Of a DNA stretch of 64,000 bases, positions 20,315 to 31,300 are shown in pieces. The stretch covers positions 15,892 to 79,891 of the forward strand of contig CACWKD010000005.1 of assembly GCA_902761345.1 (NCBI GenBank), written 5' to 3'. Position 1 is the stretch's first letter. Every line of letters begins with the position of its first letter. The notes below the pieces were generated by a model. That model did no database searches. It saw nothing but the letters and a program-made list of their open reading frames with translations, and was not told where the DNA came from. The position numbers and the translations under genes were made by a program. This DNA comes from an uncultured Ruminococcus sp. Its GTDB lineage: Bacteria > Bacillota > Clostridia > Oscillospirales > Acutalibacteraceae.

Positions 20315-20990
20315 CTCCGAATTTATTTTTTAACTCCTCGATGATCTCATCTTCTTTAATATTATCCTCGCCGCAGTGACGCTTTCCCTCGGCTTTATAA
20401 TTTAGTTTTTTAATTATCTGTTTTATATAGGGCTTTGCGTAAGGGTCGCCCCCTAAGAGCTTGCCCGAATAATAAAAGCTTTCGGGATAATCCCTCGTTT
20501 CTCCGTCATAGACTGCAAGCATAACGGAATAATTTTTGCCGCCGTAAGTGCAGGCTTTTTCCTCCAAAATATTAAATCCGTTCCCGCACAAGTATTCCCT
20601 TAACACAAACGCTTTAGTCATCGGCTGCATTATCAGGTGTTTATCGGGGGTTTTGAGCCACTCGGTACGGGAAATAATATTAACTATAAGCTCGCCGCCC
20701 ATTCCTGCAAGCACAATATCGTCCGCCTCGTTTTCGGCTATTTCGTCAAGTCCGTCGCTAAGTCTTGTTTTGACAATATCCGAACAACCGTACTTTTCGA
20801 TATTATCCGCACCGCTTTGTAAAGGCATAGGGCGAATATCACACGCTAAAGCAGATTTGATCCTGCCGTTTAACGCAAGCCAAACGGGCAAATATGCGTG
20901 GTCTGTGCCGATATCTGCGAGGGCTGTACCCCGTCTTACAAAATCTGCGCAAAGCTTTAGTCTGCTGTCGAGTTCAAAGAGTTTACTCAT
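20292..20990 (-). CDS. trmK: tRNA (adenine22-N1)-methyltransferase TrmK
   Basis: LADIGTDHAYLPVWLALNGRIKSALACDIRPMPL and DDIVLAGMGGELI are typical of the TrmK/YqfN family. Confidence 0.8.
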   Translation of the reverse strand: MSKLFELDSRLKLCADFVRRGTALADIGTDHAYLPVWLALNGRIKSALACDIRPMPLQSGADNIEKYGCSDIVKTRLSDGLDEIAENEADDIVLAGMGGELIVNIISRTEWLKTPDKHLIMQPMTKAFVLREYLCGNGFNILEEKACTYGGKNYSVMLAVYDGETRDYPESFYYSGKLLGGDPYAKPYIKQIIKKLNYKAEGKRHCGEDNIKEDEIIEELKNKFGVDTDDNG

Positions 20991-21008
20991 ATTGCTAATC
21001 TCCCTCTT

Positions 21009-21569
21009 TTATATCGGTCTGCTGTATTCCGTAAAATTCACCTGCGGACGCTCGGGGTCGTACTGTACTTCTATCTCTTTGCCCTCCTTGAAAGCGTCGT
21101 TTTTCTCATACGCATAAAACTCTCCGCTAAATCCGTCGCCTGATCCCTCTGCCGCAAAAGTATATATTACTTTGTAACGCTTTTTTTCTATCGGCTTTGG
21201 TGGATCGGCTGCTTCTTTCACTGCCGCATACTTTTCGATCTCTTTAAGAAACGCATTTGTTTTATTTGCTTTTTCATCAGTGTTAAGTACCGAGTCACCC
21301 TCGACAGGCTTTACATACGGCTGTACAGAAAAGATTTCTTCTTCGATAGTCACGATCTTTCCCACAGCTTTTTTATACTTATCAAAGTTTTTAATGGTAC
21401 GCATAGGTTTACTGCCTTCTTTGCCTGCAATATAAAACGAACAAATCAAAGCAACGATCACTGCTATAACAATTGCTATCAGAAGTATAGACATAAGATT
21501 ATATGTACTTGCCGCTTTTTGAACCTGTTCAATATAATCGCTGTCCGACTGCATTAAATAATTATTCAT
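21009..21569 (-). CDS. Single-pass membrane protein of unknown function (possibly DUF3592-like)
   Basis: It has one hydrophobic helix (MSILLIAIVIAVIVALICSFYIA). The C-terminal IEVQYDPERPQVNF resembles DUF3592 ends. This is a weak assignment. Confidence 0.45.
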   Translation of the reverse strand: MNNYLMQSDSDYIEQVQKAASTYNLMSILLIAIVIAVIVALICSFYIAGKEGSKPMRTIKNFDKYKKAVGKIVTIEEEIFSVQPYVKPVEGDSVLNTDEKANKTNAFLKEIEKYAAVKEAADPPKPIEKKRYKVIYTFAAEGSGDGFSGEFYAYEKNDAFKEGKEIEVQYDPERPQVNFTEYSRPI

Positions 21570-21674
21570 AGCTTCACACCTCTTATTTTACATATATTTA
21601 TTATACAAACAGGAAATATTTCTGTCAATCATAATCTATACAATAAAATTTCTAAAAAAATTTCTAAAAGTATA

Positions 21675-21703
21675 TTGACAAATAGACGAATAACTAATAA
21701 TAT
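21675..21703 (+). promoter_or_regulatory. Putative sigma-A promoter of acpP
   Basis: TTGACA (21675-21680), 17 nt, TAATAT (21698-21703). Confidence 0.5.
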
Positions 21704-21758
21704 GTGTATAGTGTATAGCACAGAAAAAAATAAATCTACCTATTCAGGAGGAATTGTT

Positions 21759-21986
21759 ATGGTATTCGAAAAACTCAGAGCTATTCTTGCAGAACAGTTT
21801 GGTACAGACGAAAAGGAAATTACACTCGACACTGATCTTGCAGACGATCTCGGCGCAGACTCTCTCGATATGGCTGATCTTCTTATGGCTATTGAAGACG
21901 AGTTTGAAGTGGAAGTTCCGGACGAGGTTGCCGCTAACGTAAAGACTGTTTCCGACATCGTAGCTTACATCGAAGATAACGAATAA
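21759..21986 (+). CDS. acpP: Acyl carrier protein. The start is at MVFEKLR after the RBS AGGAGGA, internal to ORF 21675..21986.
   Basis: LADDLGADSLDMADLLMAIEDEFEVEVPDE with the DSL phosphopantetheine-attachment serine; 75 aa. Confidence 0.9.
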   Translation: MVFEKLRAILAEQFGTDEKEITLDTDLADDLGADSLDMADLLMAIEDEFEVEVPDEVAANVKTVSDIVAYIEDNE

Positions 21987-22002
21987 TCTTACGGATAATT
22001 TC

Positions 22003-22033
22003 GCCCGCAGGTTTTTGCGGGCATTATTTTTTT
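22003..22033 (+). terminator. Rho-independent terminator of acpP
   Basis: GCCCGCA..TGCGGGC stem followed by ATTATTTTTTT. Confidence 0.8.
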
Positions 22034-22117
22034 GAAATTTCGTGAAAAAGGGTGAATTATTGTAGGATTTTGTTTATAATTTAAAGTTGTATGAAATACT
22101 AAACGGAGGAACAAATT

Positions 22118-23557
22118 ATGGCACAGAATAAAAAAATGGTCGAAGCTATCACTTCCCGTGACGATGATTTTGCGAAGTGGTATACCGACATAGTAAAAAA
22201 AGCCGAGTTATGCGATTACTCGGGCGTTAAGGGCTGTATGATCTTCAGACCGTACGGCTACGCTATCTGGGAAAATATCCAGGCAGACCTTGACAGACGT
22301 TTTAAAGAAACAGGACACGAAAACGTGTATATGCCTATGCTTATTCCCGAAAGTCTGCTCCAGAAAGAGAAAGACCATGTAGAGGGATTTGCTCCCGAGT
22401 GCGCATGGGTAACGATCGGAGGCTCTGAGAAGCTCAACGAGAAATTAGCGATCCGTCCTACTTCCGAAACTCTCTTCTGCGAGCATTACAAGAACATTAT
22501 TAACTCGTACAGAGATCTCCCCAAACTTTACAACCAGTGGTGCAGCGTTATGCGTTGGGAGAAAACTACCCGTCCGTTCTTGAGAACTTCCGAGTTCTTA
22601 TGGCAGGAGGGTCACACAATGCACGAAACAGCAGAAGAGGCACAAGAGGAAACTCTCCGTATGCTCAAGGTGTACGAGGACTTTTACAGAGAAACTCTCG
22701 CTATCCCTGCGGTAGTCGGCAAAAAGACACGCAAGGAAACCTTTGCGGGTGCAGAGGCTACCTACACTATCGAGCCTATGATGCACAACGGAGTTGCTCT
22801 CCAGGGCGGTACATCTCACTACTTTGGGGACGGCTTTGCAAAGGCTTTTGACATAACATTTACAGGCAGGGACAACAAGCTGCAGTACCCTCATCAAACA
22901 TCATGGGGCGTATCGACAAGAATGATAGGCGCTATCATTATGGTACACGGCGACGATGACGGTCTTGTACTCCCCCCGAAGATCTCTCCTATTCAGGTTG
23001 CGGTTATCCCTGTTGCTCAGCATAAAGAGGGCGTACTCGAAAAGGCTGAAGAACTCAAAGCAAGACTTAAAAAGCAGTTCAGAGTTAAGCTTGACGACTC
23101 CGACAACAGCCCAGGCTGGAAATTCTCTCAGTACGAGATGAAGGGTGTTCCGGTTCGTGTGGAGATAGGTCCTAAGGATATAGAGAAAAATCAGTGCGTT
23201 ATCGTCAGACGTGACAACAGAGAAAAGCAGTTTGTTTCTCTCGACAATATAGAAGAAGCTGTTGCACAGGCTTTGGAGCAGGTACATCAGGCTATGTATG
23301 ACAAGGCTCTTGCCAATATGCAGGAAAAGACATTCGTCGCAACGACATTCGATGAGTTTGTAGATACAGCAAAGAACAAGCCCGGATTTATCAAGGCTAT
23401 GTGGTGCGGCGACGTTGAGTGCGAGGATAAGATCAAAGACGTCACAGGCGGCGTTAAGTCGAGATGTATTCCTTTTGTTGAGGAGCATTTATCAGATGTA
23501 TGCGTATGCTGCGGCAAACCTGCAAAGCACCAGGTATTCTGGGGCAAGCAGTATTAA
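22118..23557 (+). CDS. proS: Proline-tRNA ligase (archaeal/eukaryote-like type, 479 aa)
   Basis: RBS GGAGGA. Motifs: [59 protein letters not shown], and a C-terminal Zn-like CCGKPA..VFWGKQY. Confidence 0.93.
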   Translation: MAQNKKMVEAITSRDDDFAKWYTDIVKKAELCDYSGVKGCMIFRPYGYAIWENIQADLDRRFKETGHENVYMPMLIPESLLQKEKDHVEGFAPECAWVTIGGSEKLNEKLAIRPTSETLFCEHYKNIINSYRDLPKLYNQWCSVMRWEKTTRPFLRTSEFLWQEGHTMHETAEEAQEETLRMLKVYEDFYRETLAIPAVVGKKTRKETFAGAEATYTIEPMMHNGVALQGGTSHYFGDGFAKAFDITFTGRDNKLQYPHQTSWGVSTRMIGAIIMVHGDDDGLVLPPKISPIQVAVIPVAQHKEGVLEKAEELKARLKKQFRVKLDDSDNSPGWKFSQYEMKGVPVRVEIGPKDIEKNQCVIVRRDNREKQFVSLDNIEEAVAQALEQVHQAMYDKALANMQEKTFVATTFDEFVDTAKNKPGFIKAMWCGDVECEDKIKDVTGGVKSRCIPFVEEHLSDVCVCCGKPAKHQVFWGKQY

Positions 23558-23671
23558 GCAGGAAGTACGCGCACTTACTCTTTTTGCAGTCAAAAAATAA
23601 AAGCCTGCGTCTTACCGTTAGTATGATGCAGGCTGAATTTCAAAAATTATACTATTGCTAAAGGTGATACT

Positions 23672-24559
23672 ATGCCTATAAAAATTCCGAGTGACCTGCC
23701 CGCTGCAAAAGTTCTCGAACAGGAAAATGTTTTTGTAATGACAAACGAGCGCGCAAGCACACAGGATATACGTCCGCTGCAGCTCCTGCGACTTCTTGGA
23801 AACAGTCCCCTTCAAGTGGATATAGAATTTCTGCAAATGGCGTCGCACGTTTCAAAGAACACTCCGCAGGATCACCTGATGTCATTTTACAATGTCTTTG
23901 ACGATATTAAGCAGAATTTCTATGACGGTATGATTATAACGGGCGCGCCTGTGGAGCTGCTGAGTTTCAGCGAAGTCGATTACTGGGAAGAGCTTTGCAC
24001 AATAATGAAATGGAGTAAAAGAAATGTCTGTTCAACACTTCATATTTGTTGGGGCGCTCAGGCAGGACTTTACTATCATTACGGTGTTCCGAAATATACC
24101 TTTGACGAAAAGCTGTCGGGTGTGTATTCTCACCGTGTATTAAACTCAATGCACCCTCTTATGCGTGGAATAGACGATGTATTCTATCTCCCCCATTCGA
24201 GAAACACGGGAGTAAAAACCTCCGATATACAAAAGCACAGCCGTCTGGAAATACTCTCTTTGTCCGATGAGGCGGGAGCGTCGATCATTGCCGACAAAAA
24301 GGGCAGACAGTTCTTCATACTCGGTCACCCCGAATATGACCGTGAAACTCTTAAAAACGAGTTTTTCAGGGATTTAAACAAGGGTATAGACCCTAAGATC
24401 CCGAAAAACTATTTCCCCGAAAACAACACCGACAAAACGCCGATGATGAAATGGAAAAGCTATGCAAATCTTTTGTTTATAAACTGGCTCAATTACTTTG
24501 TTTATCAGAACACACCTTATAATCTCTCCGAAATAGCCGCAAGAGAAGAGCAGGTTTAG
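23672..24559 (+). CDS. metA: Homoserine O-acyltransferase MetA, with an apparent internal in-frame deletion of about 16 residues
   Basis: [37 protein letters not shown] (catalytic Cys), [25 protein letters not shown]. The conserved KILILNLMPKKIETE segment expected between DIRPL and LLRLLGN is absent. Confidence 0.85.
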   Translation: MPIKIPSDLPAAKVLEQENVFVMTNERASTQDIRPLQLLRLLGNSPLQVDIEFLQMASHVSKNTPQDHLMSFYNVFDDIKQNFYDGMIITGAPVELLSFSEVDYWEELCTIMKWSKRNVCSTLHICWGAQAGLYYHYGVPKYTFDEKLSGVYSHRVLNSMHPLMRGIDDVFYLPHSRNTGVKTSDIQKHSRLEILSLSDEAGASIIADKKGRQFFILGHPEYDRETLKNEFFRDLNKGIDPKIPKNYFPENNTDKTPMMKWKSYANLLFINWLNYFVYQNTPYNLSEIAAREEQV

Positions 24560-24565
24560 CATAAA

Positions 24566-24604
24566 ACCCGAATGCGATTGTATTACCGCATTCGGGCTTT
24601 TTTA
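24566..24604 (+). terminator. Rho-independent terminator of metA
   Basis: ACCCGAATGCG..CGCATTCGGG stem followed by CTTTTTT. Confidence 0.85.
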
Positions 24605-24605
24605 G

Positions 24606-24833
24606 ATTTTATTACTCTCCATTAGCACACTGCAAGCAATTTGCAGCGGATTTGGAATTACCCTATCACAATTCTTTGCCGAAGGCGAAATGGTAGAAAT
24701 GCCACCCGAGTTAAAGGCATTATTTGATGGGTGGGTAAACCTCAACACCGAACAGAAAGCCGCCATAATGCAAATAATAAAAGCTATGAACGGGAAATAT
24801 CGATATATACAGAAAAGCTGCCGCCTTCACTGA
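24606..24833 (+). pseudogene. 5'-truncated remnant of an XRE-family (HTH_3) regulator
   Basis: The open frame reads ..LSISTLQAICSGFGITLSQFFAEGEMVEMPPELKALFDGWVNLNTEQKAAIMQIIKAM.. This is the last HTH helix plus the C-terminal tail of Firmicute XRE repressors. The first helices and a start codon are missing, and the frame begins right at the metA terminator. Confidence 0.6.
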
Positions 24834-24876
24834 CGACAGCTTTATTATATATTCTGATATTAATTTGCCGACTTGC

Positions 24877-25134
24877 TTACTCAGTCCACCGAGCAGTAAA
24901 AAAAACCGATGTCCAGTTTGGTTCGTCAACTTCATATTCGTCTGTTATAAAACAACTCACGGGGTAATCTTTAAATCCCTCTGCGTTTTTGAGATTTTCT
25001 ATAATATCGTTAGCTTTTTCGGCAGATGAAAATACACCTATCAGCTTTTCTTCATCATGAGTACCATAATCATCGTTCAATTCATGTATATGCCACAAGA
25101 AAACAATACAAATCTCCACCGCCATTGTGACCAA
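24877..25134 (-). CDS. Small hypothetical protein of the LWHxHE..KLIGVFSS type, often seen next to immunity genes
   Basis: The 85-aa ORF carries VFLWHIHELNDDYGTHDEEKLIGVFSSAEKANDIIENLKNAEGFKDYP. It overlaps the end of 25082..25423 in another frame. Confidence 0.5.
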   Translation of the reverse strand: MVTMAVEICIVFLWHIHELNDDYGTHDEEKLIGVFSSAEKANDIIENLKNAEGFKDYPVSCFITDEYEVDEPNWTSVFFTARWTE

Positions 25135-25423
25135 ATGGAATTAGTGATATTTCTGTTGAAAGTGTAGCTTTCCTATCTTGTTCTTGCCAATGTACATATT
25201 CTTTTAATTTGTCAATAGCATTTGGTATTTCTTCAAATTGGTATAACTCACAATCGCAGTTCATCATTAAAAAGGCTTTAGTATCATTTATATAGTCTTC
25301 TCTATTATTTGGGACTTCATATTTGCTCATTTCCAGCCACTTCATCGCACCTGTTTCATAAATAGTGTGGAATGATTTCGGAAAAGTTAATCCCAGCTGC
25401 CTTTCTAACTCTCCAAGTTTCAT
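25082..25423 (-). CDS. SMI1/KNR4 (SUKH-1) family immunity-like protein, possibly C-terminally truncated or frameshifted
   Basis: LGLTFPKSFHTIYETGAM.. and ..LIPFGHNGGGDLYCF are SUKH hallmarks. At 113 aa it is short for the family. Confidence 0.6.
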   Translation of the reverse strand: MKLGELERQLGLTFPKSFHTIYETGAMKWLEMSKYEVPNNREDYINDTKAFLMMNCDCELYQFEEIPNAIDKLKEYVHWQEQDRKATLSTEISLIPFGHNGGGDLYCFLVAYT

Positions 25424-25503
25424 ATAATGTTCACACTTATCTATATTAACTCCAAATTATCACAGCACCCCAAAACAACAAGTCGGGGGTGCTGTTTATA
25501 ATT

Positions 25504-26103
25504 TTATAACGCTTTCTTTATAGCAGCCATAAGCTCCTCGTATGTTTCAAAAGCTTCGAGATCGGGGTTTTCTGCCTTGATCTTATCGTTGCTCTTGAAA
25601 AGGAAACCTGCCTTGCTTGCTCTTATCATACCGAGATCGTTGTAGCTGTCACCGCTTGCGATCGTTTCAAATCCGATAGACTGCAAAGCCTTTACTGTTG
25701 TATATTTTGATTTCTCAACACGCATTTTAAAGCCTGTTACCTCGCCGCTCTCCGATACTTCAAGGCTGTTGCAGAAGATAGTCGGGTAGCCGAGTTTCTT
25801 CATAAGCGGGGCTGCAAACTGTGTAAATGTATCGCTGATAATGATAACCTGGCACATAGTTCTCAGCTCGTCTAAAAACTCCTTTGCCCCCTCCATAGGG
25901 TCAATAGTCGCAATAACGTCCTGTATCTCCTTTAGTCCCAGACCGTGCTCTTTGAGAATATCTATTCTGTATTTCATAAGCTTATCGTAGTCGGGTTCGT
26001 CACGAGTAGTTTTTTTAAGCTCCTCTATACCCGTTGCCTCTGCGAATGCGATCCAAATTTCAGGAACAAGTACACCCTCTAAATCAAGACAAGTAATAAC
26101 CAT
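25504..26103 (-). CDS. thrH: ThrH-like HAD phosphatase (phosphoserine phosphatase / homoserine phosphotransferase family). The start is at MVITCLDLEG.
   Basis: It is nearly collinear with Pseudomonas ThrH as I remember it: CLDLEGVLVPEIWIAFAE.TGI..LK.TTRD.PDYD.LM..R..IL.EHGL, ILSDTF, GDSYND. Confidence 0.75.
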   Translation of the reverse strand: MVITCLDLEGVLVPEIWIAFAEATGIEELKKTTRDEPDYDKLMKYRIDILKEHGLGLKEIQDVIATIDPMEGAKEFLDELRTMCQVIIISDTFTQFAAPLMKKLGYPTIFCNSLEVSESGEVTGFKMRVEKSKYTTVKALQSIGFETIASGDSYNDLGMIRASKAGFLFKSNDKIKAENPDLEAFETYEELMAAIKKAL

Positions 26104-26199
26104 AATAATAATTCCTTTCAACCTAAACACAAATTATGCCGAATACTGCCGACATTTACTGTAATATTATATCATCTGCAAACATAATAGTCAATTATT

Positions 26200-26979
26200 T
26201 TATTCAATAATTCTGCGAAGCTCCTCAACCATACTTTCAAGAATATCACTCACATCATACTTGAACATATACTCAAACAGTCCGACAATATTACTCTCAA
26301 ATTTATCGGGAAGTATCCTGCACTGTTTTTTGCATATCCCCATAAGTTTTTTCTCTCCGGGGTGCGTCATCTCGTTTAATGCAAATATTACATCAAAGTA
26401 ACTCTCTAAAAATCCCGTCACTCTGTGGTTTATACTCACATAATCGTGTCTGTCATACGCTTTCTGTATCTGTTTATCGTATGAGGGCAGAGTACCGCTC
26501 AGCAAATTCATATTACGCTCGATTATAGCCTTTTTTAGGTCTTTCGGGTAATCTCCTCTGCATTTTTCCTGTAATTTGGTAAGGTTTCCCGTTTTGTCGG
26601 CTATAATTTCACACGTTCTCACATTGTGTATAAAACAAGTTGTATAGCCGTTTGACGCATTGCATTTCTCCCATACAAATTCAACGTGTTTTTCGAGATC
26701 GTCTATTCTTCTGTAAATGATGTCGGCGCATACTCCGTCTGTAAAAACCACATTATCCTCTGTTTCAAAATAGTGATTGCCTATCTCCATTACAGAACAG
26801 TACGGTTTTAATATATCTTCTCTTACAGAATTATCTATCATACCTGTCAAATACACATATATATCGTAATCTGATTTTGGGTCATCGTTTCCGCTTGCGC
26901 GAGAACCGCCCAATGCTATTGCCTCGGTTTCTTTAAGCGACATAAATTTGTTGTATATATCGTTTACATTAACACTCAC
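26200..26979 (-). CDS. Nucleotidyltransferase-domain protein with a helical C-terminal domain (DUF4037-like)
   Basis: Pol-beta-type NTase signature GGSRASGNDDPKSDYDIYVY; 259 aa. Confidence 0.6.
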   Translation of the reverse strand: MSVNVNDIYNKFMSLKETEAIALGGSRASGNDDPKSDYDIYVYLTGMIDNSVREDILKPYCSVMEIGNHYFETEDNVVFTDGVCADIIYRRIDDLEKHVEFVWEKCNASNGYTTCFIHNVRTCEIIADKTGNLTKLQEKCRGDYPKDLKKAIIERNMNLLSGTLPSYDKQIQKAYDRHDYVSINHRVTGFLESYFDVIFALNEMTHPGEKKLMGICKKQCRILPDKFESNIVGLFEYMFKYDVSDILESMVEELRRIIE

Positions 26980-27226
26980 AAAATCACCCTCTCAAAAAAT
27001 TTCACTCTAATTATACTAACGCTTTAAAATAAAATCAAGTCCCCCAAAAAAAATTTTTTAAAGCTATCCAAAAGTCCATATAACGGGACACCTGTTGTGG
27101 TATAATAGATTTATAAAGAAATTGATATTAACCAAACTCTAAGATATAATTAACAAATTATTGTTGATTTATCAGGTAACTTGTATTAAAATATTACTAT
27201 AAGATTATATTCGTAGGAGGTAAAAT

Positions 27227-28366
27227 ATGAAGCTTATTCATCTATCTGATCTTCATATCGGTAAAAAACTCAACGGTTACTCTATGCTTGAAGACCAGAA
27301 GTACATCTTAAACCAGATACTCGATATTGTCAAAACCGTTAGTCCCGACGGTATCATTATCGCAGGAGATATTTACGACAAAAGCGTACCGCCCTCTGAG
27401 GCTGTTACGGAATTTGACGACTTTCTCTACGCGCTGTCCGAAATGGATAAACCTATTTTCATAATCAGCGGAAATCACGACTCTGCTGAAAGACTGTCGT
27501 TCGGTTCAAGGATTATGAGTGACAAAAAAATCTACATCTCACCTGTCTATAACGGCAATATTACACCTGTTGAATGTGAGGACGAATACGGAAGTGTGTT
27601 CTTCTACCTTCTCCCGTTCATCAAGCCTAATGACGTTAAAAAGAGGTTTCCCGACGCACCGTTTAACGGCTCAAACTATTCGGACGCTGTGCGTTTTGCA
27701 GTTGAACAGATGAACATTGACCCCTCTGAGAGAAACGTAATCGTTACGCACCAGTTTGTTAAAGGCGCAAGTAAATCCGACTCCGAAGAACCCTGTTCAG
27801 TCGGCGGTACGGACGAGGTTGCCGCAGACATATTCGATGTATTCGACTACACGGCGCTCGGGCATATTCACGGCCCTCAAAACATCGGTAAACCCAACAT
27901 TCGATACTGCGGCACACCTTTGAAATACTCGTTTTCTGAGGAAAAGCACAAGAAATCTGTAACCGTTGTCGACATTAGAGAAAAGGGCGTTACAGAGGTT
28001 TCGACAATTGACCTTAACCCCCTCAGAGATATGAGAACAGTTGAGGGCGAGTTTGCCGAAGTGCGAAAGATCTCAAACTATACGGAGGATTATGTAAGAG
28101 TTATTCTTACCAACAGTGAGCCTGTGCACGATGCTTTTCAATTCCTCAGAGAAACTTACCCCAACATTATGATATTGAAAAACGGTACAAATTCATCTGA
28201 GAATACAATTGAAGCTTTTAAAGACGATCAACTTGAAAAAAGATCTCCTCTTGACATAGTAGCGGAATTTCTCACTGTTAAAGGTGTTGAAATGACTGAT
28301 ATGAGAAAAAATTATCTGGAAAAAATCATAAGCGAAATATGGGAGGGTAAAAATGAGACCGATTAA
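27227..28366 (+). CDS. sbcD: Exonuclease SbcCD, nuclease subunit D (Mre11-like)
   Basis: RBS AGGAGG. Motifs: MKLIHLSDLHIGK, IIAGDIYD, ISGNHDS, GHIHGPQ. Confidence 0.93.
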   Translation: MKLIHLSDLHIGKKLNGYSMLEDQKYILNQILDIVKTVSPDGIIIAGDIYDKSVPPSEAVTEFDDFLYALSEMDKPIFIISGNHDSAERLSFGSRIMSDKKIYISPVYNGNITPVECEDEYGSVFFYLLPFIKPNDVKKRFPDAPFNGSNYSDAVRFAVEQMNIDPSERNVIVTHQFVKGASKSDSEEPCSVGGTDEVAADIFDVFDYTALGHIHGPQNIGKPNIRYCGTPLKYSFSEEKHKKSVTVVDIREKGVTEVSTIDLNPLRDMRTVEGEFAEVRKISNYTEDYVRVILTNSEPVHDAFQFLRETYPNIMILKNGTNSSENTIEAFKDDQLEKRSPLDIVAEFLTVKGVEMTDMRKNYLEKIISEIWEGKNETD

Positions 28367-31300
28367 TCTTACAATATCGGCTTTCGGGCCGTATAAGGAT
28401 AAAGTTGTTATCCCTATGAACGAGCTTGGTACACAAGGACTTTACGTTATTGCGGGAGATACGGGAGCAGGAAAAACCACTATCTTTGACGCCATTACTT
28501 ACGCACTCTACGGAGAGGTAAGCAGTTCAGATAAAAAGACGGGGGCAATGCTGCGTTCAAAGTATGCTGATAAATCTGTCAAAACGTATGTGGAGCTTGA
28601 ATTTTTGTATAGAGGCACACACTACAAGATAAGAAGAAGCCCGGAATATTTTGTTGAGGGCAGAAAATCGCCCTACAAAGCAGAGGTCTGTCTTTCGTTC
28701 CCCGGAACAGACAGACCGGATATTGTCAAGAAAGAAGAAGTTAAACAAAAAATCATAGACATCATGGGCGTGGATAAAAACCAATTCTGCCAGATAGCTA
28801 TGATCGCACAGGGAGAATTTATGAAGCTGCTGAGAACCGACTCAGAAGGAAGAAAAAAGATTTACAGCCATATATTTAAAACGGGACTCTACGGAATAAT
28901 CGAAAAGCGTGTTAGTGATGATTTTAGCGCTGCAAAAAAAGAGCTTGAAAATCAGCAATTGAAAATGACTAACATTATTTCCGCATTATCAGCTCCCGAT
29001 AGTTACAAACACTCCGAACAGCTTGACAATATAAAAACAAGCAAAATAAGCAAAGACAATATCGAGGAGAGAGTATCCGTTTGCAGCGAGCTTATCGAAC
29101 TTGATGAACAAAAACACAAGGAACTCGAAGACGAGAGAGTAACCATTGAGCAAAAAATCTCGGATCAGAATACCGTTATCCAAAAAGCTGAAAAAGCTGT
29201 CGAAACAAGGGATAAGCTTGAAAAAAGCCGTACTGCTTTTACCGAAAAGGAGGTTCAGCTTAAAACTAAGGTTGACGAACTTAAACAAGTACAAGCTCAG
29301 CAGGAGTATTTCGACGAACTGCAAAAAGAAACTACTCTTTTAAAGGACAGCCTTTCCGATTACGACAAGATGAACGATTATTACAGCAAAACACAAAGTC
29401 TTGCTAACGATATTCAGTCCCTCGACGCTAAACTGAAAGCACTCGAAGAAAAGCAAACTCAGGATAGCGAAACACTTAAACAGAAAAAAGCCGAACTGCA
29501 AGACAGTTCACTTTGTGGGCTTGACGGCAAACTTACCGAACATAACCACACGCATTCGTCACTTTGCGACAAACAAGCTAAACTGCTTAAACTAAAGGAA
29601 AGCAGCCGAAATCTCACATCTGCACAGCAGGAGCTTGAACAGAAAAAGAGCAGATTTTTATCTGAAATCAAAACCTGTATAGCAGCTAAGGCAGAGTATG
29701 CAGGAGCGTTTGCGGGATTTACCGAATATCAGCAAAAATTGTATGAGCATAATATACAACAAACAGCCGATAAAAAGGTACAGCTTGAACAAAAGAGATC
29801 TCAGCTTGAACAGCTAAAGGATATTCCCGGGCAGCTTATTATTATTCAGAATACAAAAAAGGAGCTTGCCGCAGAGAAAGATAGGATAAAAGAGCTTAAA
29901 AAGGATAGATCCGTACTCAACGCATTAAAGGCAGACAAAGACACAGCGGCTGAAAAGCTTTTACAGGCAGAACAAACAGCAGAACAGTCAAGCGACAGCT
30001 ATAATAAGGCATATCACCTGTTTATTGATAATCAGGCAGGATTACTTGCACAAACGCTAAAGCCCGGTACACCCTGTCCCGTCTGCGGTTCGCTCGAACA
30101 CCCCTCTATTGCCCTGCTGAACGATGAAGCATTTGCCAAAGATATGGTAGATTCACTCAAAGCTAAAGCAGAAGCCGATGAGGCTAAATGCCGTGAATGT
30201 GAAAAATCAAAAACAAAGTGTGAAGAAAAATATAACGAAAAGCTGTCCTCGTTAAACGAAAAAGCTCGCTCCCTGCTCGGAGATGACTACTCTTTCGATA
30301 AGTTTGACATTATTTTTGAACAAAGAGAAGCTGCACTCGACAGCGACATAGAACAAACACAAGCTAAGCTCAATGACATCGAAAAGAAATCCCGTCTTAT
30401 GGTTACTTTGGACAGCGAAATAAAAAGAGATGAGCAGGTTATTCAGGAAGAGAATGAGAGCAACAGCAAATTCTCACAGACTATCGCAGCGAATAAAGAG
30501 CATCTAAACACTGTTCTTAACTCTTACAAAACTTTCCTTGATGAAACAAGTGTTGATTACTGCAAACAGCTTGATTTAACCTTTGAGCCGGAGGACAGCT
30601 ATACTGTAACGTACACGGAAACTGAACCCTCCTGCCAAAAAGCGGAAAAACTTGAAAAAGCAGTTAAACAGCTCTTTGATGATACAGTTTCCGCACGTAA
30701 CAACACCGAAAAGCTCAAAGCTGCATTTGAAAAAAGCGGTACAGAAAGACTTGGCGATAGCTTTAGTACAGAAAATGCCGATATGCTCATAACAGACAAG
30801 CTTAGTGAGGTTGAACAATCTATTGAAAATGAAAACAATGCTATTCAAAGCATTAACCGCGCAATAGAAAGGAAAAAGCTGATCGAACAGAAAATCGGCG
30901 AACTGGAAAACGCACTCGAAAATTACAAGACTGCTATTTCCGAAACCGATAAAAAAATGACTAAGAGCATCACAGACAAGGAACACTACGAAACTCAGTA
31001 CAACTCTCTGAGAGCTAAACTAAAGCACGAGAACAAACAGCAAGCAGAAAGCGTTATTGACAATAACGAGAAACAAATCACAGAACATAGCAGAAAAATA
31101 GAGGAACTCAACAGCAGTATTGCAACTCTGAGTAATGAGAAGAGCACAATTAACGGTACTATCTCGCAGCTAAAGGAGAGCTTTAACGAAACAGACATTC
31201 GTGACATTGATCAGGAAAAGCTTAAACTCTCTGCACTCCAAAGCGATAAAGACGTCAACAAGCAAAAGAGCGAAAACGTACATTCTCGTCTTACGGGAAA

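Noticed and set aside
21990-22117. A T-box leader upstream of proS, and a SAM or T-box element upstream of metA (23558-23671)
   Set aside because: Both intergenic regions are too short: about 130 nt (including the acpP terminator) and about 110 nt. Neither contains a specifier-loop or T-box sequence, or a SAM-aptamer-like helix, that I can recognise.
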